16,456 nucleotides of DNA from Lachnospiraceae bacterium (GTDB lineage Bacteria; Bacillota; Clostridia; Lachnospirales; Lachnospiraceae). Below the pieces are notes generated by a model. The model was not told where the DNA came from, did not search any database, and saw nothing but the letters and a program-made list of their open reading frames with translations. The position numbers were made by a program, and so were the translations under genes. Each line of letters opens with the position of its first letter. Positions within the stretch are counted from its first letter, which is position 1. Positions 1 through 7,393 of the stretch are shown here, in pieces. The DNA is taken from positions 24,954-41,409 of the forward strand of contig JAIECJ010000147.1 of NCBI GenBank assembly GCA_029068555.1, written 5' to 3'.

Positions 1-1
1 T

Positions 2-133
2 ATAACAGAAATATATAAAGGAGTCTTTTTGAAGATGCCTAGTGAACAGCTTTACTTTAACCCAAATGAACGAAAGGTTGTCATGACTTTTAGTGCAATT
101 GGGGGCAATGTGACGGCGTGGGGGAGTAAGTAG
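2..133 (+). CDS. Possible 3' end of a gene running off the left edge, or a stand-alone 32-aa small ORF (ATG 35..133)
   Basis: The frame is open from base 2 to TAG at 131-133. An in-frame ATG lies at 35-37, with AAGGAG at 18-23 (11-nt spacing, rather long). The peptide is ...MPSEQLYFNPNERKVVMTFSAIGGNVTAWGSK and has no recognisable motif. Confidence 0.2.
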   Translation: MTEIYKGVFLKMPSEQLYFNPNERKVVMTFSAIGGNVTAWGSK

Positions 134-185
134 AAAAAAGCAGCCTTATTGTCGCTATTTTGTGTATTTTTTCACAAATTCGTTC

Positions 186-214
186 TGTACATTTCAGTTT
201 TATGAGATTATAAT
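186..214 (+). promoter_or_regulatory. Candidate sigma-A type promoter for the chemotaxis receptor gene
   Basis: TGTACA (186-191), a 17-nt spacer, then a perfect TATAAT (209-214), 59 nt upstream of the ATG at 273. The -35 matches TTGACA at only 4/6. Confidence 0.4.
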
Positions 215-272
215 AATGTTATCGGGTTAATTTAACTAAAAAATAGCAATATTATACAAAGGAGAGAAGAAG

Positions 273-1730
273 ATGACAAGAGAACAATATTGGCGTGCGA
301 ATAAGGTGGTTTTTCCTGTAATGCTAATCATTTTAGGGTATTTGTTTGCCGCGATGGGTCTGGCTGTGCTGGCGGGAACGGCAGGCTGGTACACCTATCT
401 TGAGATGGGGGCTTCACTTGCCGGACTTATTGTGGTGATAATTATTTTTGCCGCTAAGAAAGATACGAAGCTGTGCGGTATCTGCATGATGGGAGCGGGA
501 GCGTTTGTATATGTGGTATTCCGGATTTTCGGCATGTCTGAGAATACAAGTATCTACGCTTATCCAATACTTTTTGCCAGTATGGCGTACCTCAACGTCA
601 GGCTGTTGATCTGGGGAAACGGCGTTCTGGTTGGTGCGAACGTGGTGAGACTGATTATGCATCTGGACGGTATCAGTGGTTCGAATGGGTCTGAAATGAT
701 TATGAATGTGCTGGTAAGCTTTCTTGTCGCATGCGCGTCCATCCGGATTACCCAGATTTTGGTGAAATTCAATGAGGAGAACACAGAAGTAATCGTGAAA
801 ACGGCAAAGAAACAGGAGGCAAGTAATGCCGTCATGGTTACTGTCGCAGATAATATTATCAAACACTTTGGGGAGGCGATGGAGCGGTTTGATACATTGG
901 GCGAGAGTCTGAAAAATAGTCATACATCCATGGAAAATATTGCCAGCAGTACGGAGAGCACTGCGGAGGCGATACAGGCGGAGGCCTCTATCTGCGGCGA
1001 GATTCTTGCACAGACAGACCATGCAGGCGAGGCGACGGAATCCATGATGGCAGCTTCACGGCGTGTAAATAGTACCGTTGACAGCGGGGCGTCATCTGTG
1101 CAGGAGCTTGGCAGACAGGCGGATAATGTCAGCAGCAGCAGCAAGGTTGTGGAGGATGTGATAACAGAGCTTACCGCAAAGGTTCAGAAGGTGGGGAGTT
1201 TTGTGGATACAATTCTCAGTATTTCCAGCCAGACAAACCTGCTGGCACTCAACGCTTCCATAGAAGCTGCAAGGGCTGGGGAGGCTGGCCGGGGGTTTTC
1301 CGTGGTTGCAGATGAAATCAGGCAGCTTTCTGAGGATACCAAAGAGGCGTCTAACAATATTACGCGCATTATACAGGAATTGAATGCCGATACCAGGCTT
1401 GCCAATGAGAGTATCGTGAATGCAGTTGATTCTGTCGCAAAGCAAAATGACCTGATCGCAGAGACGAGGGATAAATTTGGACAGGTATCAAGTGAAGTGG
1501 AGCTTCTCTCCAGCAATATCGACGAGGTAAAGGAATGCATGGAGCAGACAAGAAAATTGTCGAATAGCATTTATGACAATATTTCACACCTTTCGGCAAC
1601 AAGTCAGGAGGTAGCAGCATCGTCGAACGAAGGGCTTGAAAACTCAAATATTACGGTACAGCAGATAGATACATGCAGGGGAATATTTGAGTCAATCTAT
1701 GAACTTGCCAGGGATTTAAAAAGTCAATAA
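273..1730 (+). CDS. Methyl-accepting chemotaxis protein with a multi-pass membrane N-terminal sensor region
   Basis: Carries the highly conserved MCP signalling hairpin motif ...[35 protein letters not shown]..., flanked by Ala/Ser/Glu-rich coiled-coil heptads. The N-terminal ~170 aa contain about six hydrophobic helices. RBS AGGAG lies 8 nt upstream of the ATG. Confidence 0.9.
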   Translation: MTREQYWRANKVVFPVMLIILGYLFAAMGLAVLAGTAGWYTYLEMGASLAGLIVVIIIFAAKKDTKLCGICMMGAGAFVYVVFRIFGMSENTSIYAYPILFASMAYLNVRLLIWGNGVLVGANVVRLIMHLDGISGSNGSEMIMNVLVSFLVACASIRITQILVKFNEENTEVIVKTAKKQEASNAVMVTVADNIIKHFGEAMERFDTLGESLKNSHTSMENIASSTESTAEAIQAEASICGEILAQTDHAGEATESMMAASRRVNSTVDSGASSVQELGRQADNVSSSSKVVEDVITELTAKVQKVGSFVDTILSISSQTNLLALNASIEAARAGEAGRGFSVVADEIRQLSEDTKEASNNITRIIQELNADTRLANESIVNAVDSVAKQNDLIAETRDKFGQVSSEVELLSSNIDEVKECMEQTRKLSNSIYDNISHLSATSQEVAASSNEGLENSNITVQQIDTCRGIFESIYELARDLKSQ

Positions 1731-1734
1731 AAAC

Positions 1735-1756
1735 GGGCGCCGGCAAAACGGCGCCC
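1735..1756. terminator. Bidirectional rho-independent terminator between convergent genes
   Basis: Perfect 8-bp GC-rich stem GGGCGCCG (1735-1742) / CGGCGCCC (1749-1756) with 6-nt loop GCAAAA. It is flanked by an A-run on the left (T-run for the - strand gene) and TTATTAT on the right. It sits exactly between stop codons at 1730 and 1769. Confidence 0.75.
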
Positions 1757-1768
1757 TTATTATGCCAA

Positions 1769-2593
1769 CTACGCACCTTTTGCAAAATCCTCAAGTGTCC
1801 GGAATGTGTATCCCATTTCTTCCCATTTTGTCAACAGTTCATCCAATATCTCTCCGTTGGTTTTCGATGTGCTGTGCAGAAGCACCACAGCACCCGGATG
1901 AATCCTTCCGACGAGCTTCTTAAAGGCTTCTTCATGGGTCGGCTGTTTATCCTGGTACCAGTCGACATAGGCGAGGCTCCAGAAGAAGGTATGATAACCC
2001 ATATCCTTTGCCATTTCTAAGTTTTTGATGTTGTATTTGCCCTGCGGAGGGCGGTAAAACCGTGCCAGTTCCACTCCGGTGATTTCCTTAAATTTATTTT
2101 CGACATCGTTCATCTCTTTCGCAAAGGACTCTCTGGAGGAAATCGAGGACATATCCAGATGGTGGTAAGTGTGGTTTCCGACAAAATGTCCTTCTGACAC
2201 CATTCGTTTCACAAGTTCCGGCGCAGACTCAAGATAATGTCCAACCACAAAAAAGGTTGCCGGTACATTGTGTTTTTTCAGTGCGTCCAGAATTGGCTCT
2301 GTATTTCCATTTTCATATCCTGCATCAAAAGTCAGGTAAATTACTTTTTCTGTATTATTTCCTACATAGTATGTATTGTATTTTTTTAATTCCTCCACAG
2401 AGGCATTTCCGGTAGGCTGGCTGCCTTCCTGACCAAAGCCAAGTCCCCAGTTCTCGGTAGACACACTTCCGCTGGCGGGAACGGCAAGCTGATCCCATTT
2501 TTCGTATTTGACATAAGCAACTCCTCTTCCGAACAGAAAGGCCGAAGCCAGGAGTACGATTAATATTGCTGCCTTTTTCAGTCTGATTTTCAT
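1769..2593 (-). CDS. pdaA: Polysaccharide deacetylase of the NodB family, PdaA-like delta-lactam-biosynthetic de-N-acetylase (spore cortex)
   Basis: NodB motifs are present: YLTFDAGYENGNT (the PdaA-type variant of TFDDG), GNHTYHH, FYRPPQG and VVLLHS. There is an N-terminal signal-anchor helix. From memory it is colinear with Bacillus subtilis PdaA (LTFDNGYENGYT ... GNHSFHH ... LRPPRG ... LLH). Confidence 0.85.
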   Translation of the reverse strand: MKIRLKKAAILIVLLASAFLFGRGVAYVKYEKWDQLAVPASGSVSTENWGLGFGQEGSQPTGNASVEELKKYNTYYVGNNTEKVIYLTFDAGYENGNTEPILDALKKHNVPATFFVVGHYLESAPELVKRMVSEGHFVGNHTYHHLDMSSISSRESFAKEMNDVENKFKEITGVELARFYRPPQGKYNIKNLEMAKDMGYHTFFWSLAYVDWYQDKQPTHEEAFKKLVGRIHPGAVVLLHSTSKTNGEILDELLTKWEEMGYTFRTLEDFAKGA

Positions 2594-2735
2594 AAAACAG
2601 TATCCTATAGGTTCTTATTTAAGAATATTTCCGGAATCGTAAAAAAATTCCTGATCCACATCATTTTTCAAAGTGGTGGCGGGATCGGACAGAATGTGGT
2701 AAAATAAACAGTAAGGTAAAGAAGAGGGAGGCTGG

Positions 2736-3680
2736 ATGGAGATGGACAGTGCGGTATCAATAAGTATATTGTCGAAGATTGAGGAAAATGTATCAAAGGT
2801 AATTGTCGGGAAAAGAGCGGTGACAAGAATGCTGCTTGCAGCTGTGGCAGCAGGAGGGCATGTGCTTCTAGAGGATGTTCCGGGAACGGGGAAGACAGTT
2901 CTTGCAAAAGCGCTTGCGAAGTCGATGGGATGTGCTTTTGACAGGGTGCAGTTTACGCCGGATTTGCTCCCGAGCGATGTGACAGGACTGTCATTTTTTA
3001 ATCAGGAAAAAGCAGTTTTTACGTTTAAGGAAGGACCGGTATTTACGAATATTCTGTTGGCAGATGAGATAAACAGGGCTACGCCGAGGACACAGTCAAG
3101 CCTTCTTGAATGCATGGCGGAGGGACAGGTAACTGTGGACGGTGAGACAAGGATTTTGGAGGCTCCTTTTTTTGTCATTGCCACACAGAATCCGGTGGAG
3201 ACAATCGGCTGCTTTCCGCTTCCGGAGGCACAGCTTGACCGCTTTCTTATAAAAATTCGCATGGGAGGTTTAACCCGAAAGGAAGAACGCCAGATGCTTG
3301 ACCGCTTTATCAATGCAGAGCCTCTTGCGGAAATTCAGGCAGTGTGCAGTGTGGAGGATATCAGGGAGCTGCAGTGCGCATGCAGGCAGGTTTATGTGCA
3401 TGATGACCTGCGTGATTATATTGTTGCGCTTGTGCAGGACACCAGAAAAAATAATGTGGGTGTAAGCCCGAGGGGAACTCTTGCCTTCCTGCGTGTATCA
3501 CAGGGATATGCGCTTGTGCAGGGGAGGGACTATGTGGTGCCTGAGGATATCAAGGAGACTGCGCACTGTGTGCTGTGTCATAGACTTATCGGTGAATTTG
3601 ATGAGACTCAGAAGGATGCCGTTGTTACCAATATTTTAAACAGTGTAGAGCTGCCGACAGAGGACTGGTCAAAGAGATGA
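2736..3680 (+). CDS. MoxR-family AAA+ ATPase (AAA_3)
   Basis: Walker A is LEDVPGTGKT and Walker B is LLADEINRA. The MoxR-typical segment RATPRTQSSLLECMAEGQVTVDG and FFVIATQNP are present, as is the C-terminal lid GVSPRG. The strong RBS GAGGGAGG precedes the ATG. ATG 2742 is an alternative start. Confidence 0.9.
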   Translation: MEMDSAVSISILSKIEENVSKVIVGKRAVTRMLLAAVAAGGHVLLEDVPGTGKTVLAKALAKSMGCAFDRVQFTPDLLPSDVTGLSFFNQEKAVFTFKEGPVFTNILLADEINRATPRTQSSLLECMAEGQVTVDGETRILEAPFFVIATQNPVETIGCFPLPEAQLDRFLIKIRMGGLTRKEERQMLDRFINAEPLAEIQAVCSVEDIRELQCACRQVYVHDDLRDYIVALVQDTRKNNVGVSPRGTLAFLRVSQGYALVQGRDYVVPEDIKETAHCVLCHRLIGEFDETQKDAVVTNILNSVELPTEDWSKR

Positions 3681-4807
3681 TTTTATTTTTATTGCTTGGA
3701 GTTATCATAGCAGGTATGCTATGGCGGATCTATTATAAATACTGGTGGTCAAAGGATGTTTCTGTGCGGCTGTGGTTTGAGTCAGGAGCAGTTTATGCAG
3801 GGCAGGAAACAAAGCTTTACGAGGTGATTGAGAATCGCAAAAAAATGCCTGTTCCAGTTCTTGAAGTGCGGTTTCATACCAGAAAAGAGCTCGACTTTAC
3901 GGACACGGAAAATACCAGTGTCAGCGATTACATTTACAAGAGGGATGTGTTCGCCATACTGGGCAGACAAAAAATTACGAGGGAAATTCCTGTAAAATGT
4001 ACCAGACGCGGAAAATATACGGTCAGTGGTGCGGAAATTACAGCCTATACCCTGCTATACGACAAATATTATAGTAAAGGAATCGACACGGCTGCGGAGC
4101 TATACGTATATCCTAAAATGACAGATGTGTCAGAAATTCTATCCATATGTGAACAGATGCTGGGGACGATTCAGTGCGCCAAACGTCTTTATGAAGATCC
4201 GTTCGCTTTTCGCACGATCAGGAGTTACACCACAGATGACCCGATGAAGACAATCAACTGGAAGGCAAGCGCCAGGACTGGCTCTCTGATGGTTAATACA
4301 TATGATTCCGTACAGTCGCGCAAGGCGATGGTTTTTCTTGATGTGGAGGACTCGGGTATATTAAAGCGTGAAGACTTGGTGGAGGAAAGTATAGCCATGG
4401 CAGCAACGATTGTCAGAACCCTTTTGCGGCAGAATGTCGAGGTGGGATTTGCCTACAATGGGGAAGGGCGTACAGTGATGCCGACCAACAATAAAGGCGT
4501 CCTGACAGGTCTGGAAAGGATGCTTGCAGAATACAGCTGTGCAGGCAGGATAAAGGAGTACGGGCAGATGATCGCGGAGCTTTTTTCGGGCGTATTTTCC
4601 CAAAAGCCGCTTTCGCAGGATACGCTTCTTCTATTTATTACAAAAAATCTGGATGTGAAGCTGATGGAGCGCATCAGGGAATGTGCGGGTACCTATCATG
4701 CATTGGTTGTGATGCCCGTATGCCGTGGCGAAATAATGATTCAGAAGGATGCTGTCAATAGCAAGGACAATATACATGTTTTGATCAAGGAGGTGGAGAG
4801 AGGATGA
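3677..4807 (+). CDS. DUF58 domain protein (MoxR-associated, vWA-like), N-terminally membrane anchored
   Basis: DUF58 signature FRTIRSYTTDDPMKTINWKASARTGSLMVNTYD, followed by a VFLDVE strand typical of the degenerate vWA fold. There is one N-terminal TM helix. The start overlaps the moxR stop as ATGA (3677-3680). Confidence 0.85.
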   Translation: MILFLLLGVIIAGMLWRIYYKYWWSKDVSVRLWFESGAVYAGQETKLYEVIENRKKMPVPVLEVRFHTRKELDFTDTENTSVSDYIYKRDVFAILGRQKITREIPVKCTRRGKYTVSGAEITAYTLLYDKYYSKGIDTAAELYVYPKMTDVSEILSICEQMLGTIQCAKRLYEDPFAFRTIRSYTTDDPMKTINWKASARTGSLMVNTYDSVQSRKAMVFLDVEDSGILKREDLVEESIAMAATIVRTLLRQNVEVGFAYNGEGRTVMPTNNKGVLTGLERMLAEYSCAGRIKEYGQMIAELFSGVFSQKPLSQDTLLLFITKNLDVKLMERIRECAGTYHALVVMPVCRGEIMIQKDAVNSKDNIHVLIKEVERG

Positions 4808-6030
4808 AATGGAACCAAATCCTGAAGATGGCAGGATATGCCCATGCAACGCTTTTCTTCGCCTTGATGATTCCGCTCATATATACGATAGCAGATCTGA
4901 AAGATCCTGCGGGCGCCGGTATTTTATATGCCAAATGCCTGCTGGTGGTTATTCCGGTAATCGTTACGGAGCGGGCAGCAAAATGTTTGAAAAGTCTTGC
5001 CGCGTACCTTGTTATATGCGCGGCGTTGATGGCAGCTGTCTGGTGTGCAGCAGGATTAACAAATGCTTCCGGTGCATATGTGCTCTGCTACTGTATTGGA
5101 ATGTCTGCCGAGACTTTCGCCATATCGCTGAAGCGGCTGCAGGGCAGATTAAGAGAGTCTGCACACAGAAAAGCGAGCGAACCGTTTGCGCCAAAGGAAG
5201 AGGAATTTCTGGATACGCCTTTGCTGCCGCTGATCTGGTATTTTGTCGTGATTTATCTGTTTGGATTATGTCTGGATGCGAAGCCTTTGTGTGACATGGC
5301 GTTTTACAGTGCCATTGTCTATCTTTTCCTTGCATTATTGTGTACATATTTTCGGGCATCGCATGCTTATCTGGAAATCAATAAACGGACAAAAGGAATT
5401 CCGAAAAGACGCCTGTACGGCGTGAGCTTTTCCATGCTTTTGATTTTCTGCGCGTTCCTGTTTCTATCAATCCTCCCAGCTGTCCTGATGGCGGATCAGA
5501 GACCCTATACGGATATCAGGCACTGGTTTGATGATGTCGATTTGGTCTCCTATGAGTACGAAAGCAGCTCCGGATTTGAAGGAGTGGCTTCGGGCGGTAT
5601 GGGAATGATGGAGCTGTTAACTGACGGAGAACCTGCTCCGGAGCCCTCTGCATTTATGAATGGTATGTTCTGGGTGATTGGCAGTGTATGTGTTCTGGCG
5701 CTTGCCTGCGGAATTATTCAGCTGATACGGCAGGTCTTTCGGGATTTCAGAAACAGCAGCGATGAGAATGGCGACAAGATCGAGGGGATTGAGGAGACAG
5801 AAAAATCAGACGTGAGGCTTTTGCCGGGCAGGAGTCATCGCGGTGTGGACAGTGACGCGGAAAAAATCAGGCGAAGGTATCGCAAAACGATACGCAAGCA
5901 TAGAAAGGATGTACCTGCACCGCACGAAGCGCCTGCTGAGATTGAGGAGCAGGCAGGGTTAAAGGACGATGAACAGATGCAGCAGCTTCACAGAGATTAT
6001 GAAAAAGTGCGCTATGGGAAAAGAGCATAA
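4804..6030 (+). CDS. Polytopic membrane protein with a charged C-terminal DUF4129-like tail
   Basis: Contains about 6-7 hydrophobic helices. The C-terminal cytoplasmic tail ...IRRRYRKTIRKHRKDVPAPHEAPAEIEE...LHRDYEKVRYGKRA resembles the DUF4129 pattern (Y..ll ... tP.E ... Y..aRYG). The start overlaps the DUF58 stop as ATGA (4804-4807). No transglutaminase Cys-His-Asp core was seen. Confidence 0.65.
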   Translation: MKWNQILKMAGYAHATLFFALMIPLIYTIADLKDPAGAGILYAKCLLVVIPVIVTERAAKCLKSLAAYLVICAALMAAVWCAAGLTNASGAYVLCYCIGMSAETFAISLKRLQGRLRESAHRKASEPFAPKEEEFLDTPLLPLIWYFVVIYLFGLCLDAKPLCDMAFYSAIVYLFLALLCTYFRASHAYLEINKRTKGIPKRRLYGVSFSMLLIFCAFLFLSILPAVLMADQRPYTDIRHWFDDVDLVSYEYESSSGFEGVASGGMGMMELLTDGEPAPEPSAFMNGMFWVIGSVCVLALACGIIQLIRQVFRDFRNSSDENGDKIEGIEETEKSDVRLLPGRSHRGVDSDAEKIRRRYRKTIRKHRKDVPAPHEAPAEIEEQAGLKDDEQMQQLHRDYEKVRYGKRA

Positions 6031-6169
6031 ATACGATATTTTTCAATAACAACTTGCGTAAAGCTTTAAATTGCGTTATTATAAAAATTATATGTATCGT
6101 TTTAAGAAACTGTAAAGTTAGTTCTTTATGGTAGCTGACTATAGGAAATCATGGGTCACTGTTTCCTTT

Positions 6170-6224
6170 GGGATTTAGCAGGTGCAAATCCATTTGCGAA
6201 GCAAATTTTGCAGGGATTTTTAGC
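6170..6224. promoter_or_regulatory. Cluster of short direct and inverted repeats immediately upstream of the rep-like gene (candidate operator or structured leader)
   Basis: GGGATTT(TT)AGC occurs directly repeated at 6170-6179 and 6213-6224, with its inverse AAATCC at 6186-6191. GCAAAT / ATTTGC alternates four times within 28 bp: 6184-6189 +, 6192-6197 -, 6201-6206 +, 6207-6211 -. This includes the perfect palindrome ATTTGC-GAA-GCAAAT (6192-6206). Confidence 0.35.
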
Positions 6225-6281
6225 TGTTACGTACTGGAACAGAGTGAACTGTAACAATCACGTTGCGAAAGAGGTTATTCA

Positions 6282-7370
6282 ATGAATCGTAAGAAAAAAA
6301 GAGGCGGTACGGAAGTCGCTTTCAGACCACAGACCATCATTGAGGCAAGGTATGATCTTGACAGAAGACAGAACGATATCCTGGACATTCTGCTTGGCAT
6401 TGTCGGCGAGGGAGATGACACTGAGGAAAATACGCGTTATGAGATTAATATAGGTGATGTGAAGCATCTATATAATTTGCATGACGAGTCAAATGCATAC
6501 AATTATTTGCAAAAGGCGGTAAAAAAATTTGAAGGACTTGGTTTCCGCTTAAAGGAAGACGAGGGAACGGATATTTATTACCCGTGGTTTAGCAAGATAA
6601 AGTATCAGAAAAAGCGCGGGGACGAGAACAGAAGCAAAATAGTGCTGGATCTCCACCCGGAGGTCAAGGAAATGATTATGTCTGCGAAGCAGGGGGCATA
6701 CTATCGTATCGAATATCCTTTGAATCTTACCAAAAAATATTCCAAAAGGCTTTATTACCTGTTAAAGGACAAGGAGACATTCAACGGCGGTGTGTTTGTG
6801 GTAGCGTTTGATGAGCTTAGAAAGATGATGAAAATACCCGATTCTTATGCTAACGGTAACGTGAAGCGCGAGATTCTGGACAAGCCTTATCAGGAGATTA
6901 ACGGAAACACAGACATCTCTTTTGAATATGAACTGATATATGAGCGCCTGCCGAGCGGACAGCAGAGCATCAGCGCCGTCCGGTTCCGTGTAACACGGAT
7001 AAAACGAAGCCGTACAGTGGTCGAGTATGAGACGATAGAGAAAAACGGGGAATCGGTGGTCGCAACGGAGGAGGAGCAGGAGGTTATTGATATTATTGAC
7101 TGCAGCCTCAAGGAAGCAAAAGATATCCTGCGGACTGCGAAAGCCAATGACCGGACACATGAACAGATGATTGAAATATTGACGTATACACTGAAAAAGC
7201 AGGTGGAGAATAAAGTTGGTTATGTGCTTACCATACTGAAAAACGGGTATAATGAGCCGACAAAGCTTGAGGGAAAGCGGAGTGGCTCGTCATGGAATAA
7301 CAAGGAGCTGGACACGGCATATTCGCAGATGAATTTTGCCGATTTGGAAAAACAGATTTTATCAAATTGA
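6282..7370 (+). CDS. Rep_3 / RepB-family plasmid-type replication initiator homologue (tandem winged-helix)
   Basis: The N-terminus ...IIEARYDLDRRQNDILDILLG... matches the Rep_3 opening motif (h..a.Y.Ls..E.r.l...l). The second wHTH-like segment is KYSKRLYYLLKD...FDELRKMMKIPDSY. The acidic linker and C-terminal ...NKVGYVLTILKNGYNEP are typical of Gram-positive theta-plasmid initiators. RBS GAAAGAGG lies 7 nt upstream. Confidence 0.7.
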   Translation: MNRKKKRGGTEVAFRPQTIIEARYDLDRRQNDILDILLGIVGEGDDTEENTRYEINIGDVKHLYNLHDESNAYNYLQKAVKKFEGLGFRLKEDEGTDIYYPWFSKIKYQKKRGDENRSKIVLDLHPEVKEMIMSAKQGAYYRIEYPLNLTKKYSKRLYYLLKDKETFNGGVFVVAFDELRKMMKIPDSYANGNVKREILDKPYQEINGNTDISFEYELIYERLPSGQQSISAVRFRVTRIKRSRTVVEYETIEKNGESVVATEEEQEVIDIIDCSLKEAKDILRTAKANDRTHEQMIEILTYTLKKQVENKVGYVLTILKNGYNEPTKLEGKRSGSSWNNKELDTAYSQMNFADLEKQILSN

Positions 7371-7393
7371 TAGCACAGAAAAAGGATTGTGAT

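Noticed and set aside
414-1022. A 202-aa ORF on the - strand inside the chemoreceptor gene, plus other antisense ORFs at 560-862, 920-1144, 1092-1445, 1184-1570 and 1369-1647.
   Set aside because: They are shadow ORFs opposite a strongly supported MCP gene. They have no RBS and no motifs, and their Cys/His/Arg-rich composition is typical of antisense frames.
2594-2735. Divergent promoter region between pdaA and moxR: an extended -10 TGgTAAAAT at 2697-2705 for moxR, and a possible forespore (sigma-G/F-type) promoter for pdaA on the - strand.
   Set aside because: The moxR candidate lacks any credible -35 (TGGCGG). For pdaA I could not match the sigma-G/F consensus convincingly (GAAATA ... CTATAGGA only loosely). 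Neither is strong enough to annotate.
4809-5294. A 161-aa + strand ORF in an alternative frame at the start of the third gene of the MoxR cluster.
   Set aside because: The 4804 frame has the ATGA coupling to DUF58, encodes coherent TM helices, and runs 408 codons. The alternative frame is Cys/Arg-rich with no features.
6054-6267. Four copies of TTGCG(W)(W)A at 6054, 6071, 6194 and 6263, considered as iterons of a theta-type origin next to the A+T-rich stretch 6031-6130.
   Set aside because: Their spacing is irregular (17, 123 and 69 bp). The conserved core is only 5-6 nt, and the two adjacent 17-mers match at only 11/17. This does not resemble a regular array of iterons of about 20 bp, so I cannot support an origin call from sequence alone.
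6031-6281. A possible known riboswitch, T-box or small RNA gene in the 250-bp spacer.
   Set aside because: Only short (6-bp) hairpins are present, and I recognise no conserved riboswitch core sequences. There is no terminator-like GC stem with a U-tract that would define an independent sRNA.
6031-7393. A mobile-element or integrated-plasmid call around the rep-like gene.
   Set aside because: There is no integrase, transposase, relaxase or partition gene, and I could find no terminal inverted or direct repeats flanking it. Only compositional A+T enrichment and the Rep homology point that way, so it is reported as a finding and not annotated as a mobile element.
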